From: Candidatus Omnitrophus sp. | GTDB taxonomy: Bacteria > Omnitrophota > Gorgyraeia > Zapsychrales > Fredricksoniimonadaceae | Reading direction: 5' to 3' | NCBI GenBank assembly: GCA_020719005.1 | Contig: DYQZ01000001.1 | Span: 5,779 to 69,778 of the forward strand | DNA length: 64,000 nt | Translations under genes and position numbers: made by a program | Notes under the pieces: generated by a model | The model's database searches: none | Told to the model about the DNA's origin: nothing | Seen by the model: only the letters and a program-made list of their open reading frames with translations | In this document: piece after piece, positions 47,001 through 59,000 of the stretch | Layout of the letters: each line of letters starts with the position of its first letter | How positions within the stretch are numbered: position 1 is the first letter of the stretch

Positions 47001-50000
47001 ATGCAAGCATTGATACGGCTGTAAGTGATATGAAGGTTGTGTTTAAGGCCGCTGTTGGTCTTGAGATCGCCAAGCGTATTCATGCGCGTGAAGGCAAGGA
47101 AGCCAAGGTGGTGTTTGATGAGTCTGATGCGAAGCAGAAAAAAGGCGAGCCGGTAACAAAGTTTTATATTCCAACTCCGCAGAAAGAATTTAATAACCGC
47201 ATTAATGAAGCGGCCCTTCAGGTGAGCCGTCGTCATGAATATCAAAAAGCTCTGGTTAATACGTGGGCCAGCAGTGAAGCTGAATATAAAGCAATGATCG
47301 ATCAGTTGACCGAAGGGTTTGCGCTGACGATCTTCAGGAACATTGCTGATGCTGTAGGTATTGTGTATCAAGAGACAACGACAGCAAAAGAACTGGCTGA
47401 TCAGTTGGGTAATATTGATCTTTCTCAATATGATACGATCGCGAAGTTTGCGATCTTTAGCGGTCCACCCGGCGGCGGTAAAGGTGCTGTGTGGGATCGT
47501 TTTGAAGAGTTGTATGGGAAGATGACAACAAAGTTCGTTTTTTTTCATACACGTAATATCCGCAAGGGCGAGGTGATGGGAAAGAATTATCATTATCGCA
47601 ATCCTGATGCATTAAAGAAGCTGGAAAGTGAAGGCAAGATCATCACCGCTTCTATTAATGGTCAAGCGCAGGGATTGGCGGTAACGAGTTTTGAAGATGA
47701 TTATTCCTATGTTGATCCGCAGTCGAATGAAAAACATGAGGGAAGGGCAAGTGTTGCTTGTTTGGATCAGGTATTTAAGGGCAATAAGATCGTTATCCTT
47801 GAATGTGGTTTAGCCTGGTTCGAGGCGCTCCACAAGAAATATGGAGATGAGCTAACAAGTATTTTCATATCACCCTTCAGTGATCAGGAATTGGCGTGGA
47901 CAGAGATGTCGGTTGAAGATCGCAGGAAGTATGAAGCTTATGATCATAGAATTCTTGAGCGTGCGGCAGCGTTAAATAATAGAAGCGCTGCAATATTAGA
48001 TAGAATTGCGCACCACAAGAAATTTTCACACGATGGTAACGCGTTGCCTTTCTTTGGAACGACGGTGGTTTCTTTTGTTTCAAAGAATTCGGAAGCTTTC
48101 TTACGTTTGGTCGCTTTTCGTGATCGTCTTAAACAGGCTTTAGAGCGGGCTGGTTTGTCTAAATTTATGGCTTGGACGGAAATTGATTCTTTGCATATGA
48201 CGGTATGTGATATTGATAAAGAGCTTTCTGCTGAAGGGTTTGATGAGCATGTGATAAGGCGTAAAGAAGAAGCGCGCGAAGTGTTCAGTAAGATAAAGAA
48301 TATCACACCTGTTTCTGCGCAGATGAAGGGGCTTGGTTATAAGCTGGCCTTAACGGCACATGTTTTATTTAATGACCCCAAAGAGTTGGATAAGATATTT
48401 GAGGTCGAGGATTCTATAAAAAAGGGCACGAGTGAGCCTAAACAACAACGTGATTTCACAGGTCATATTACATTGGGTTATCCTGTTGGTGTGATGACGA
48501 TGGATGAACTGAATAAATTATTTGATATCTTCAAGCAGTTCTCGAACGATGATCTTAGAGATATTGTGTTTGATAATGTCACCTTTACACGATTCAGTAA
48601 TATGAATACATATGGAAGAGAGTTGTCCCTTGACCTTAATTCTGGTGAGATCCTTTCTTATGGTAAAGATCATGAAGTGTTGCTTGATATTTTTAATGGA
48701 GATCACGGCAAGCTTATTCATGCTCTCGGAGTTTGGAAAAAAGAGTTTAAAGATGTTTTAGGTGTCGAGAAGTCTTTTGAACAGTTGACGACTTTTAAAG
48801 ATGATGATCATCCACAAGGAACAGAATATTTACGTATCATTGATGGGCAAGATCAATATACCGGTGAAGTTCGTCCCAGAGATCTTTGTCATGCGCAGGG
48901 CACAGAGCATCGTGCCGTTGCGGTTATTCTTTATGATCGTGAGGGGCGTATTCTGGTGCAGGTGCGCTCGAGAAAGAAGAAGTTCTTTCCTGGCATGAGA
49001 GATGTGTCTGCGGCGGGTCATCTTGCTTTGGAGAAAGAATATTTGGATGGGGCCATTAATGAAACAGAGGAAGATGTCTTTGATAGCCGACATAAGCTTG
49101 ATCCTGATCGTTTTCAATACGTGGGAACATTTCCTGCGCATCATCGAAATGAGAAGATGGGCTTAAACGATAAAGAGATGGTTGTTTTGTATATGTATCA
49201 GGTGAGGGATGAAGAGAAGGCTCGCGTTGCAATTCAGGCATCTGAAGTAGAGGCTGTCGAATGGGTTTCTTTTGAGAAAGAGCTTTCGGATTGGCAGATG
49301 TGGTATACAGCGGTTGGTAATGGACATGAGCAAGGGAAGTTTGCCAATATTCAAGGGATGGCGGTTGGGTATGCCATTCTTGGAATTGATATTCTTGCCA
49401 ATGAACGTATCGTTGAAAAGATGGTGGATGTTGTAAAAAGGGGTCTTTCTATTAATTCCATGGCGTTTGCTGGAGAAAATAAGTTGGTGTCAACGGATAA
49501 ACAGGGTGCTGTTGAGACGCGGGCAGGTCCTGAAGAGATAAAAACACCTGCCAAGACTGCGGCTGAGTCAAGCCGTACGGCGCCACCCGTGGAGAAGGAA
49601 TTGCCTATTGTTCCTGCCTCATGCGTTAATTATTCCGCACGTTATGTTGATCTGCAAAAGATGTTTGAGACGCTTCGTGAATTGTTATCCTTCAAGAGTC
49701 CGACCGGCCAGGAAGGCCAGGTGCGTTCTTATATTGAAGCCTGGTTCCAGGCACAGCATATTCCGGTTACGGTTTTATATAAAGGGGACGCTCCCAAGAA
49801 CCTTGTCGTTGAGCTTGCGGCGACGTCGGGTCAGGAAAGCGTTGGGGTCATTGCGTTCGATGCGCATATGGATATTTCCGATAATAATGCTGCCGACCTG
49901 GTGTTGGATCGGAATGCTCAGAGAGTGATCGCCACAGGTAGGGATAACGGGGCCAATGGTCTTGATGACAAGATCGGTATTGCGGTGATCCTTGAGATGA

Positions 50001-53000
50001 TGCGGGCACTGCAGGAGAAGAATATTCCGCATGGCCGTATCCGATTGTTCTTTACCGCAGAAGAAGAAACTTTTGAACATCGGGGTGCACTTGATATTAA
50101 GACCCAGCACCCAGATCTTTTAAGAGATATTGCTTTGATGATACCTGTCGACGGGCATCGTTTGCAGAAGAATGGCCGATATGAAGATATTTTAAGCGGG
50201 GATGCTGGTTCTTTGGCGGTCATGTTCATTAATCTTGTAGATGGGGCTTTGGAGCGGTTGGTCGTGCTTGACGCCGGGCGCGCGCTTGGTATTGAGCCGG
50301 CAGTCTTTAAACTTAAGGCGAATGCCAGCGGTAATGAAACTATTTGGGGAGCGGCTGGAATGGCTGTGGCACATGTTCGTGCTAATTATGCGACGACAAA
50401 TGACAGGGCTAGTGTTGATCATGCGGATTATGCGGATATTTTGAGTTTAGGTGATTGGCTGGTTGAGATCGCTCGTCGAGGAGTAGAAATGTCAGAAGCC
50501 CAGTTTCTTAACGTCCCCGTCGTTACCCTCAAAGAAGAAACCCGCGTTGCGTTAGATGAGATGCGTGCGGATCATTTGAATAAGACCAAGAACACAACGC
50601 CTGCCCGGTATCGTGCGCTTTCTTCCATTGTTACGACGAGCATTGCCCGTGAACTTAGGAAGCACGCAGATCCTGCCAAGACCGTGATCGTTTTCCCGTG
50701 GCGTTCGGCCATGGCCATGAGCGAAGCGTTTGAGCGTGAAGGGTATCGTTACTTTTGGCACATCGGTGTCAAGCGCGATGAGAAGACGCTTGAGCCGTCG
50801 ATGTATTATAAGGGCAACTGGCGTATGCCGGAGGGTGTTGATGTGGCGGACCTTGAGGTTGTGATCGCGGACCCGATGTTTGCCATCGGCGGAAGTGTTG
50901 CCCTCACGATCGATATCTTGATGAAAGAAGAAGGCATCAAGCCTTCGCAGATCACGGGCGTGCATGTCGTCTCTGTCCCGGAAGGTATCAAGAACATCAC
51001 CGCGAAATATGCGATCAAGCGGATCATCACCGGGTCGCTGGATGAGAAGTTAAATGAGATCGGTTATATCGTTCCTGGCCTCGGTGATTATGGCGACCGT
51101 TATTTTGAAGGCATCAGCTGTGAAGAGGTCCGTCATTGGAGGAATCTGGACATTCTTGACGGGAATGATCTGAAGGCGCTTGAAGGGAAGATATTTGGGG
51201 CTGAGGCAGGGGACGATGTTGTGAAGGCATATAACGGCATTCTCACCCCTGATGAGATCGCGGCTCTTGCGGCGTATAAATCTAATACTGTAAAAGTAGA
51301 ACAGAAGGTGCTCGCCCCGGCGCTGGCCATGATCGACGGTCTGGTTTTTGAATTACCAGAGGCGCGGTGCCTGGATCTTGGTGTGCTCACGCGCAATCTT
51401 GAGGTTTGTTTAATTTCAATGCAGGGAAGGGCTCCTCCGAGTGCCACTATTGAGGACGGCATTCTTTATCTATTTTCATATGAGGATAATAAAATAACGC
51501 CAACGCTTCTGGCGCGCATGATGGTTCATGAAGTTGTTGAGGATCAAGCCCATCGCAGTATTTCAGGAATTTCTAACGAGAGCGCCCATTCTTTGGCCAT
51601 CGATGCCGAGAGATCCTTTTCCGATCTTTTTAATTCCCACGAGGTCTTTGTTGCGGATTATGACGGGACATTGCATAACTTTCAGCAAGGGGTCCCGGGG
51701 AAGGTGCGTCAGGCGCTCATCCATAATGTGCTGAGTTCTGGCCGTCGGCTGGTTATCGCGACTGGGCAGGCCCCGGACACGTTTTATACAAATATTTTTC
51801 CTCAGCTTGATCTTGCCGGGGCTATGCGTTATGACGGTCAGGTCTATATTCTAGGTGAGGTCGGCGGTTGTGCTCGGCTTTTACGTTCTGATAGAACGCT
51901 TGTTGATGATCCGGATCTTTCTTATGCGCCGATGAGTGAGGATTTTCGCTCCGAGGTCGCTCGTCAACTTGCGGGTATTCGCGCTGATCCGGCGATCGGT
52001 CTTTCTGATTGGGAGGTGGGGGTTGTTCAGCGCCATTCCATGATCTCGTTGCAGATACATTCTGAAGCGGCACACCGTAAAGCGCAGATGATCACGGAGC
52101 GTCTGCAGGCGGCTCTTGCAAGCTCGGGTTTTTATGTGACTAATGTGGTGGGTTGGTTCATCGATATTTCTTCAGCCAGCAAGGGCATTGGTGTTAAGCG
52201 ATACCTTACGAAATTCGGGCTTTCCCTTGAGGATACGCTCGTGGCTGGCGATAGCGGTAATGATATTTCCATGCTTGCCTTGGCAAAGGAAGGGGCCCAG
52301 GCGGTTTTTGTCGGATACGACGGGGCGATCTTGCCGTTGGATATCCGTGATAAGCTTGCGTATGTTCCGACGCCTGAAGCATTGGCTGATGTTATTTCTT
52401 CCAGATTTGTTCAAAAAGAGAGTGCCCCCGCTTTGTCGTTGTCTGGTTTTTGTGGCAACTGTACCGAGGCGATCAAGAAGGCATTGCCAGGGCTGGTCAT
52501 GGCCGGTAAGGTTGAGGTTCGGCGCTGTGCAGCGCTCGGCCTGCTTGATCTTGATGGGGACAAGGTTGATTTTCTTGAATTTGATTACAATGAGATCCCT
52601 GAAGCCATCCGTTTCAATGAACTCAGCAATATGCAGGAAGTTGCGATCTTTGCGGCTGAATATTCCAAGCCAGGGCATTTTTCGATCCATGTTTCTTCTG
52701 AAGCCCGCCGTCGATTTGATGCGCTTTTTCCCGTGGAAGATCCTGAGGCACGTAAGACCGCTCTTAAAGTGATCGCGCTTCATGAAAAAGTTGAGCTCGA
52801 CGGGATGAGCCATGCCAATGCCGTAGAATTCCAGAAGACGGTTGAGGGCTATAAGGTAGTTGCCGAACGCCTGGAGCGTTTGCAGTCGCTGGAGCGTGTG
52901 ATCATCCCGCTTGCGCATAACAGTGTTGATGTCTCTAATATCAAAGCCAGGATCGTGTTCGCGGAACGTCACAGTTTGACAGAAGAACAGCGTCAGATCC

Positions 53001-56000
53001 TTTTTGGTCTGCGTAATCTTGAGCTTATTGCCGCTGCGGTCCGTAAGATCGACAGTCATGTCAAGCGCGGGCGTTTTTCCTGGTTTTTTTCGGCAAAGCC
53101 TGTGTGTGCGGCTGAGGTGATCGAGGCTGTTGTGGAACGCCTCATCGCCGAGCGTTCCCGTTTGTCTGCTACCGTAGGGATCCTTGAATTGTTCGATGCG
53201 GTCATTACGGATGAGGAAAAGGCTATTCTTCAGGAGTGGGGCATTAATCCCGCCGGAGAAGTTGTCAAGGTTCCTCAAGGGCAGGGCACGATTTATGATC
53301 TCATCAATAAACATTTGGATGATAATGACCTGCTCTCGTATGCACCGATGATCGGTGATATGTCCGATATGATCGAGAAGAAGAAAGAACGTTTTAAAGG
53401 TGTTCCAGGACGCGCCGGCGCTTTTTATAGGGTTTTGACACCATTCTTGCGCAATATGGCCAAGCATGACCCAAGCCGTGTCGATCAGTACAAAATGTTG
53501 AGCGAGGGATTTTTGGAGAAGGTTATTAGTGAAGATGCCTTGCCGATGGTCAAGTGGTGTGAGGCGGGTGTCTTGGATGTCATTGCCACGTTCCGTACCA
53601 AGATCCAGACGGGAGAGGCGCGGATCGCTGATATGCGCACCAAGCTTTTGGAGCCTGATGCGGACCGTATACAATTGGAAAGAAGTATTTTGATGGTCCA
53701 GCAGAATACCGTCGGTCTTTTCATGGAACTTACGCAGATCTATGAGGATATCCTTTGGGAACTTGTTCTGGATTATCCCTATCAATTGGATTCTACACGC
53801 CGGATGTTGCGCGAGAATATCGTTCTGGCGCAAGTTTCCAGGATGGCGGATACACTTGCCGCTTTAAGCGCGCGCCAGGTTGAGGCGGATGAAGAGCCGC
53901 TGATCGCTCTTGAAGTAGAGCAGGCCCGTATTTTTACGTGCATTGCCATAGAGGCTATTGAACAGTTGAAAAAAGACGGCAGTCAGGATCTAAGCTACCG
54001 CAGAATGTTGGAACAGTCGGTGGATGCGGCGATGGAAGAGTTCAGGGCGCGTCTTCTGACACGTTTTGTTCCTTTGTATCGCGCACAAGATGCAGGGATG
54101 ACCATTGAACAGGCTGAAGAGAAAGTGTTGCGCGAGGCCCGTAATTATTACGATCATTTGACTGATTATATCATCGAAGAATCTGAAAAAGGGCTGGGGA
54201 CCACGGACCCTCACGGACTTCAGGCGGCACTTTTATATCATGATGTTCCTACTCCCATCAAATTCATGCGGACTGTAAGCGGTGCGCTTAAGGGGCGTCT
54301 TAAAGTGGTGCTGAATACACGCGGCTCGACGAACAATCATTATGCGCTGGCGGCCAAGGCTAACAAGATCCCTGTTCTGATCCTGGACCCTTCACGCCCC
54401 GATGACTTGAAAGATCTTCGGCGGTATCAGGAAGTGTTGATCCAGGACCACAGGGTTTATATTAATCCAAGCGCAAAGACACGCGATCGGGCAGATGGTG
54501 AGGAGCGTCGTCGTGCGGTTTATCAGGAATATTGCCGGTTTTGGGCAGCGCGTTCTTCGGTCGGCGCTGCGGCTAACGCGGATGATGCACAAGCGATCAC
54601 GGATGCTTTCAAGGAATTCATGGCGCGCAATATCGGCCTGGTGCGCAGTGAGAATTTGTTCCATGGTATTTTACCGGTCTCGATCACTGAGGCGATGATC
54701 GCGGAAGGAATACCGCAAGGCACGAAGATCTTTGATATCGGGGCGATGATCGAGACGCCGGGTGCCGTGGTAGATCTGGATAATATTCTTTCGCTGGCCG
54801 CATTCGTTAGTATTGGTTCGAATGATCTTACGGCAAAGACCTACCGTATCGATCGTGCGAGCGTTGAGCAGGGGGCGCGTGTTTATGGGCGTGTGATGCC
54901 TTTGGTGTTAAGGAAGATCCGGACGGTCATTGAAAAAGCGAATGCCGCTGGCGTTGACGTTTCGATCTGCGGCGACCTTGCGGCCATGAGGCGTTTTTGG
55001 ATCGTGTGGGCGTATTTGCGTCATCAAGGCGTGCGTGTGCATTTAAGCATGCCGGCGCACGAGATCCCCGAGTTCAAGGCGAGGATCAAGGCGTTGGAAA
55101 TATACCAGGGTTCTCATGCTGTCGTTGGGGCATGGGATATGATCGATAAGATATTTGCTCTTCCCGAGGATGAAGTTGCCGCGGATGACGAAGCGTTAGC
55201 CGTTCTTTTGGATAAAAAGCTTTTGCGGCTCGATCAGATCATCAGGAAGCGTCTTCGGATCGGGTCACTTCAGGATACAAAAGGTCCTTGCACCGCGGCC
55301 GATAGTCATAATGGAAAACTTTATTCCTCATTTCTTCCTTTGATCGTCCTGACGATAACGCTTCAGGCCGGTATTATGTGGCTTGCTGTTGGTTTAGGTG
55401 CATTTGTGTTCTGGAAGGTCTATAAGAATTTTCTGCGTTCCCGGGCCGGGCTTGGACAGCCTGCGGCTCTTCGGCCTTGGCTTATGGGCATGCTCAAGGT
55501 GGCGGCGCGTTTATCGGAAAGGATCTTTTGGCCTTATAGTTCAGCTTTCAAGCGGGCAACTTCTTTTGATCTTTGGACAGTTGCAGGAACGATCAGGCGC
55601 AAAGAGGTGCGAACACTGTTGTTCCAGGTCGCGGGCATGATACGCCGTGATCGTGAAGTTTATCTGGCTTCAAAAGCTGCGGCTGTTCATTTGCCGTCTT
55701 GTTTTGGCGTTTATTTGGCACGTATTTTTGCAGGTGTTATCCCTATTGCGGTTTATCGTAAGGTTGATTCTTCCAGTCCCTCTAATGGTGCTGATATAAC
55801 CTGGCTTAGCAAAAAAGGGTTATTGGATAAGAATGGTTTTATGGAGGAGTTTGTTGATCCGCGCGGAAAGTTATCCTGGGGTATGGCCGGCTTTTATGCG
55901 GATATCATCGAGATCTATTTGTTGAATACGCATGATCATACCCGGATGGTGGCAGAGATGGTGCGTTCTTATCTGGATCATCAAAAGTCTGTTTCTCATA

Positions 56001-59000
56001 AAGAATTCTGGCAGTTGATCGGCCGCTCCTCGTCACAGCAGATGGCACAATACCGCCAGGATGTTGAAGCCATGATCCACAACAGTCGCTTGAATAAGGT
56101 TGGGCCTGTTGCTTTTCACCAGAAGATAAAGCAGTTTCTTCTTATCCGCTTTGAAACAAAGGGTTTTGTCATTGAGAATGAGCTTATCGGATGGCTCTAC
56201 CGGACGTCGCAGGATAAAGGCTTCGAGTCTTTGGCTGATGAACTGGTGCGTTTGCTCGACGTTGCGCGCAATGTGGGTTATGCGATGGAACATCATGTTC
56301 GCGCGGGGTTGAAAATGTCAGGATTGAACGAATTGATGCCGCGTCATATTGTGTTTGCTTATGAGCCTCGTCAGGGAAAGGGTGCGGCTGTTTTAAACAG
56401 CACCTACAGGCTTAATTATTTCAGGTATTCCCTTCACGGGTTGGAGCAGGCAGAGCTTTTGGAAATGCTTTTGTATGATATTTATTTTCATATCATTTAC
56501 GCGGATCAGATGTTGGTCGGATCCTGTGCTTATCAGGCGTCCCGCCCTGGTGCCAGTAACATGCTCGAGGATGAACATTTTTGCACGGCGGCGTATCCGG
56601 TGGAAACTCTTGAGGGAGTGGATCTGGTCCGTCTTCAGGACCGTTTGGCCAAAGTGATGGCTGAACATATAGCGGCCCGGCTGGCGTTTGGCAAGGATGT
56701 TCAGATCGCGGGTGCACGTAGCAGGATATTCATGACGATCAGTAAGCTCAAGAACGGCGCTTTGCTTAAGGATCTGGCACTTGAAATGGCATCTCGTTAC
56801 GCTGTGGTGCAGACGGAAGGATATAACACTATTTTGGCGTCGGAGATCGCACAACTTAACGTATTTCTGACAACAAAGGCTGTGTATAGTGATGACGCCT
56901 TGGATGTTGAGGCTTATATTGCATTGCATGTGCAGAAGATGGCGGAATTCTTTCAGAAGGTGGAGTTCAAGAAAGATGTTCGTGTGAAGCTCGTGCATAA
57001 AAAGTTCTTTCTGGCCAGAGGCGGGCATGATGAGCGGTCGCTGGGAGAAATGAACATGGAAGGCCAGATCACGATCCCGGTGAAGTATTTCATGACCACG
57101 CGCGGCTATAAAGAGGTTCTGGCCCGTACTGCGGCCATGCTCAGCATGTATCGTTTCCGTCATAAAGTGAATGATCAGCAGACCGTTATTCATGATATGG
57201 CCAGGCAGATGATGCTGTCTTCCGATATCAGGGAACTTTTAACATTGATGTTCACGCTTAATGGCAGCCGCATGCCAGAGGCTCGTGCTCAGGCTCTTTT
57301 GGATGGATTTGATGAGGTAGAGGCGCGGGGGGCTTATGATATTGTGACGTTGGAGGATGAGCTGTCCCGTCATCTTAACGAGCTTGGGTATCAATATATT
57401 GCGATAGGTAAGGATGAAAAAGGTTTCCGGATGTCTTTTCTTTCTCCAGCGGCTATCGGAAAGATGATCCAGCAAGCGTGGGAAGCGTCCCGGAAAAATC
57501 CTCATGCGGAAGTTTTTCCTTCCACGGGTTTTGCCATTCGTCCTACTGTTGGCGGGCGGGCGATATTCCGAACATTCGATCCCGTATCTCCCGAGAACTT
57601 TGTGCACTATCATTTGCGCGGATTTATTCAGGCTGGAGAAGGCGCGGATCAGCATACGATCGTGATGCAGGGGTATGAACCGCGCAATCCCGATCTTTTC
57701 ATGAAATATCACGGATGGTTCGGGATCTACACGACGTCGGATCTGATGGGATTTCTGCGCAATGATATGATCCTGACAGCCCGTCGCTTTATGCTGTGCG
57801 GTGTGTTTTCCGGGCACACCAGGGTTGTGATCCAATATATTGATCAGCACGGCAACAAACAGCAGGAGATCGTCAGCCTCGTCACGCTCGCGCGCGAGGT
57901 TATTTACCGCCGGCATGATGTGCCCAGGCGCAATCATCCTGATTATGTGCCACAGTCGCACATCCTCGCTACCGGCGAAACACTTTCCTGGTATAACTAT
58001 TTTCTGATGAAGAAAAGATTGGGGCGGCGTCTTTCAAAGAAGGAACAAAGGTATGTTCAGCTTTTTGAACGCATGACCCCTGATGATAAAAGGGATTCTT
58101 TGCTCACGAAGATCTGCCATGATTTTCAGGTCATTGACGAAAAGACCTTGCTGGCTATACCGGTCATGGGGAGAAAAGATCTTCGGCTAGGGGATATTAA
58201 TATCCGTTGGAGAGTTATTTTCCGCCAGTTCATTAAGAAATGGGCACACCGTCATGTTTTTGTTTTATTTACGGTTGAACGCCCTTCTTCTTTGTTAAGC
58301 AGTATACAGGCATTCTCCGGCCTGCCAGGATCAGATGCAACAATGCCCGAACTGCCTCCGTCGATCCGGCCTCGTGATGAAAAAGAACATTCCAGATTTA
58401 ACGAGTCTTTCAAGTCTTTGGCACGCATCCTTTCTCCTACAAAGGTCATGTGGATCATGCCCATGTATAACGAGACATGCCGTCTTTTACCAAGAACAAA
58501 GACCAATCATCCTGGTGAAGATGCTTTGCGTGTTAAGGTGCAGGAGATGTTGGTGGCGCAGAAGATCAATCCTTTATTACAACAGCGCCTCTTGGCCGTT
58601 GATGACGGCACACCGGAATTGACATCGGCAGCGACGGTAAAAGATCTTTGGGAGAAGATCCGCGAGGAATATTGCAAGGAAGGTATAGAGCTTGACCCTG
58701 ACATGGTCCAGGTCATCGATGTTTCCCCCGAAGAAAAGAAAGAGATGGGAAGTAAGAAAGGCTGGGCAGTCCTTAAAGCCATGGCTTTTGCCGCGAAGGA
58801 CGGCTGGGCGGATATGATCGGTTTTACGGATACGGATATTTCAACGAATTTGATCCAGGCTCCGCTTCTTGTCGAGAAGCTCCAGCAGGGCGCGGGCGCC
58901 GCGATCGGGTCGCGTTGGATGCGCGGGGGAGAAGTTCGGGATATTTCGATCAAGCGGATGCTTTCGAGCAAAGGCTTCCTTTATTTGGTCACCTTGATCC

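Noticed and set aside
52143-52772. + strand frame-0 ORFs listed in the track inside the giant gene (for example 52143-52772, 60726-61205, 40347-40655)
   Set aside because: These are out-of-frame overlaps of the giant ORF. Many are TTG/GTG-started, Arg/Cys/Leu-rich and have no motifs. The giant frame carries the recognisable domains.
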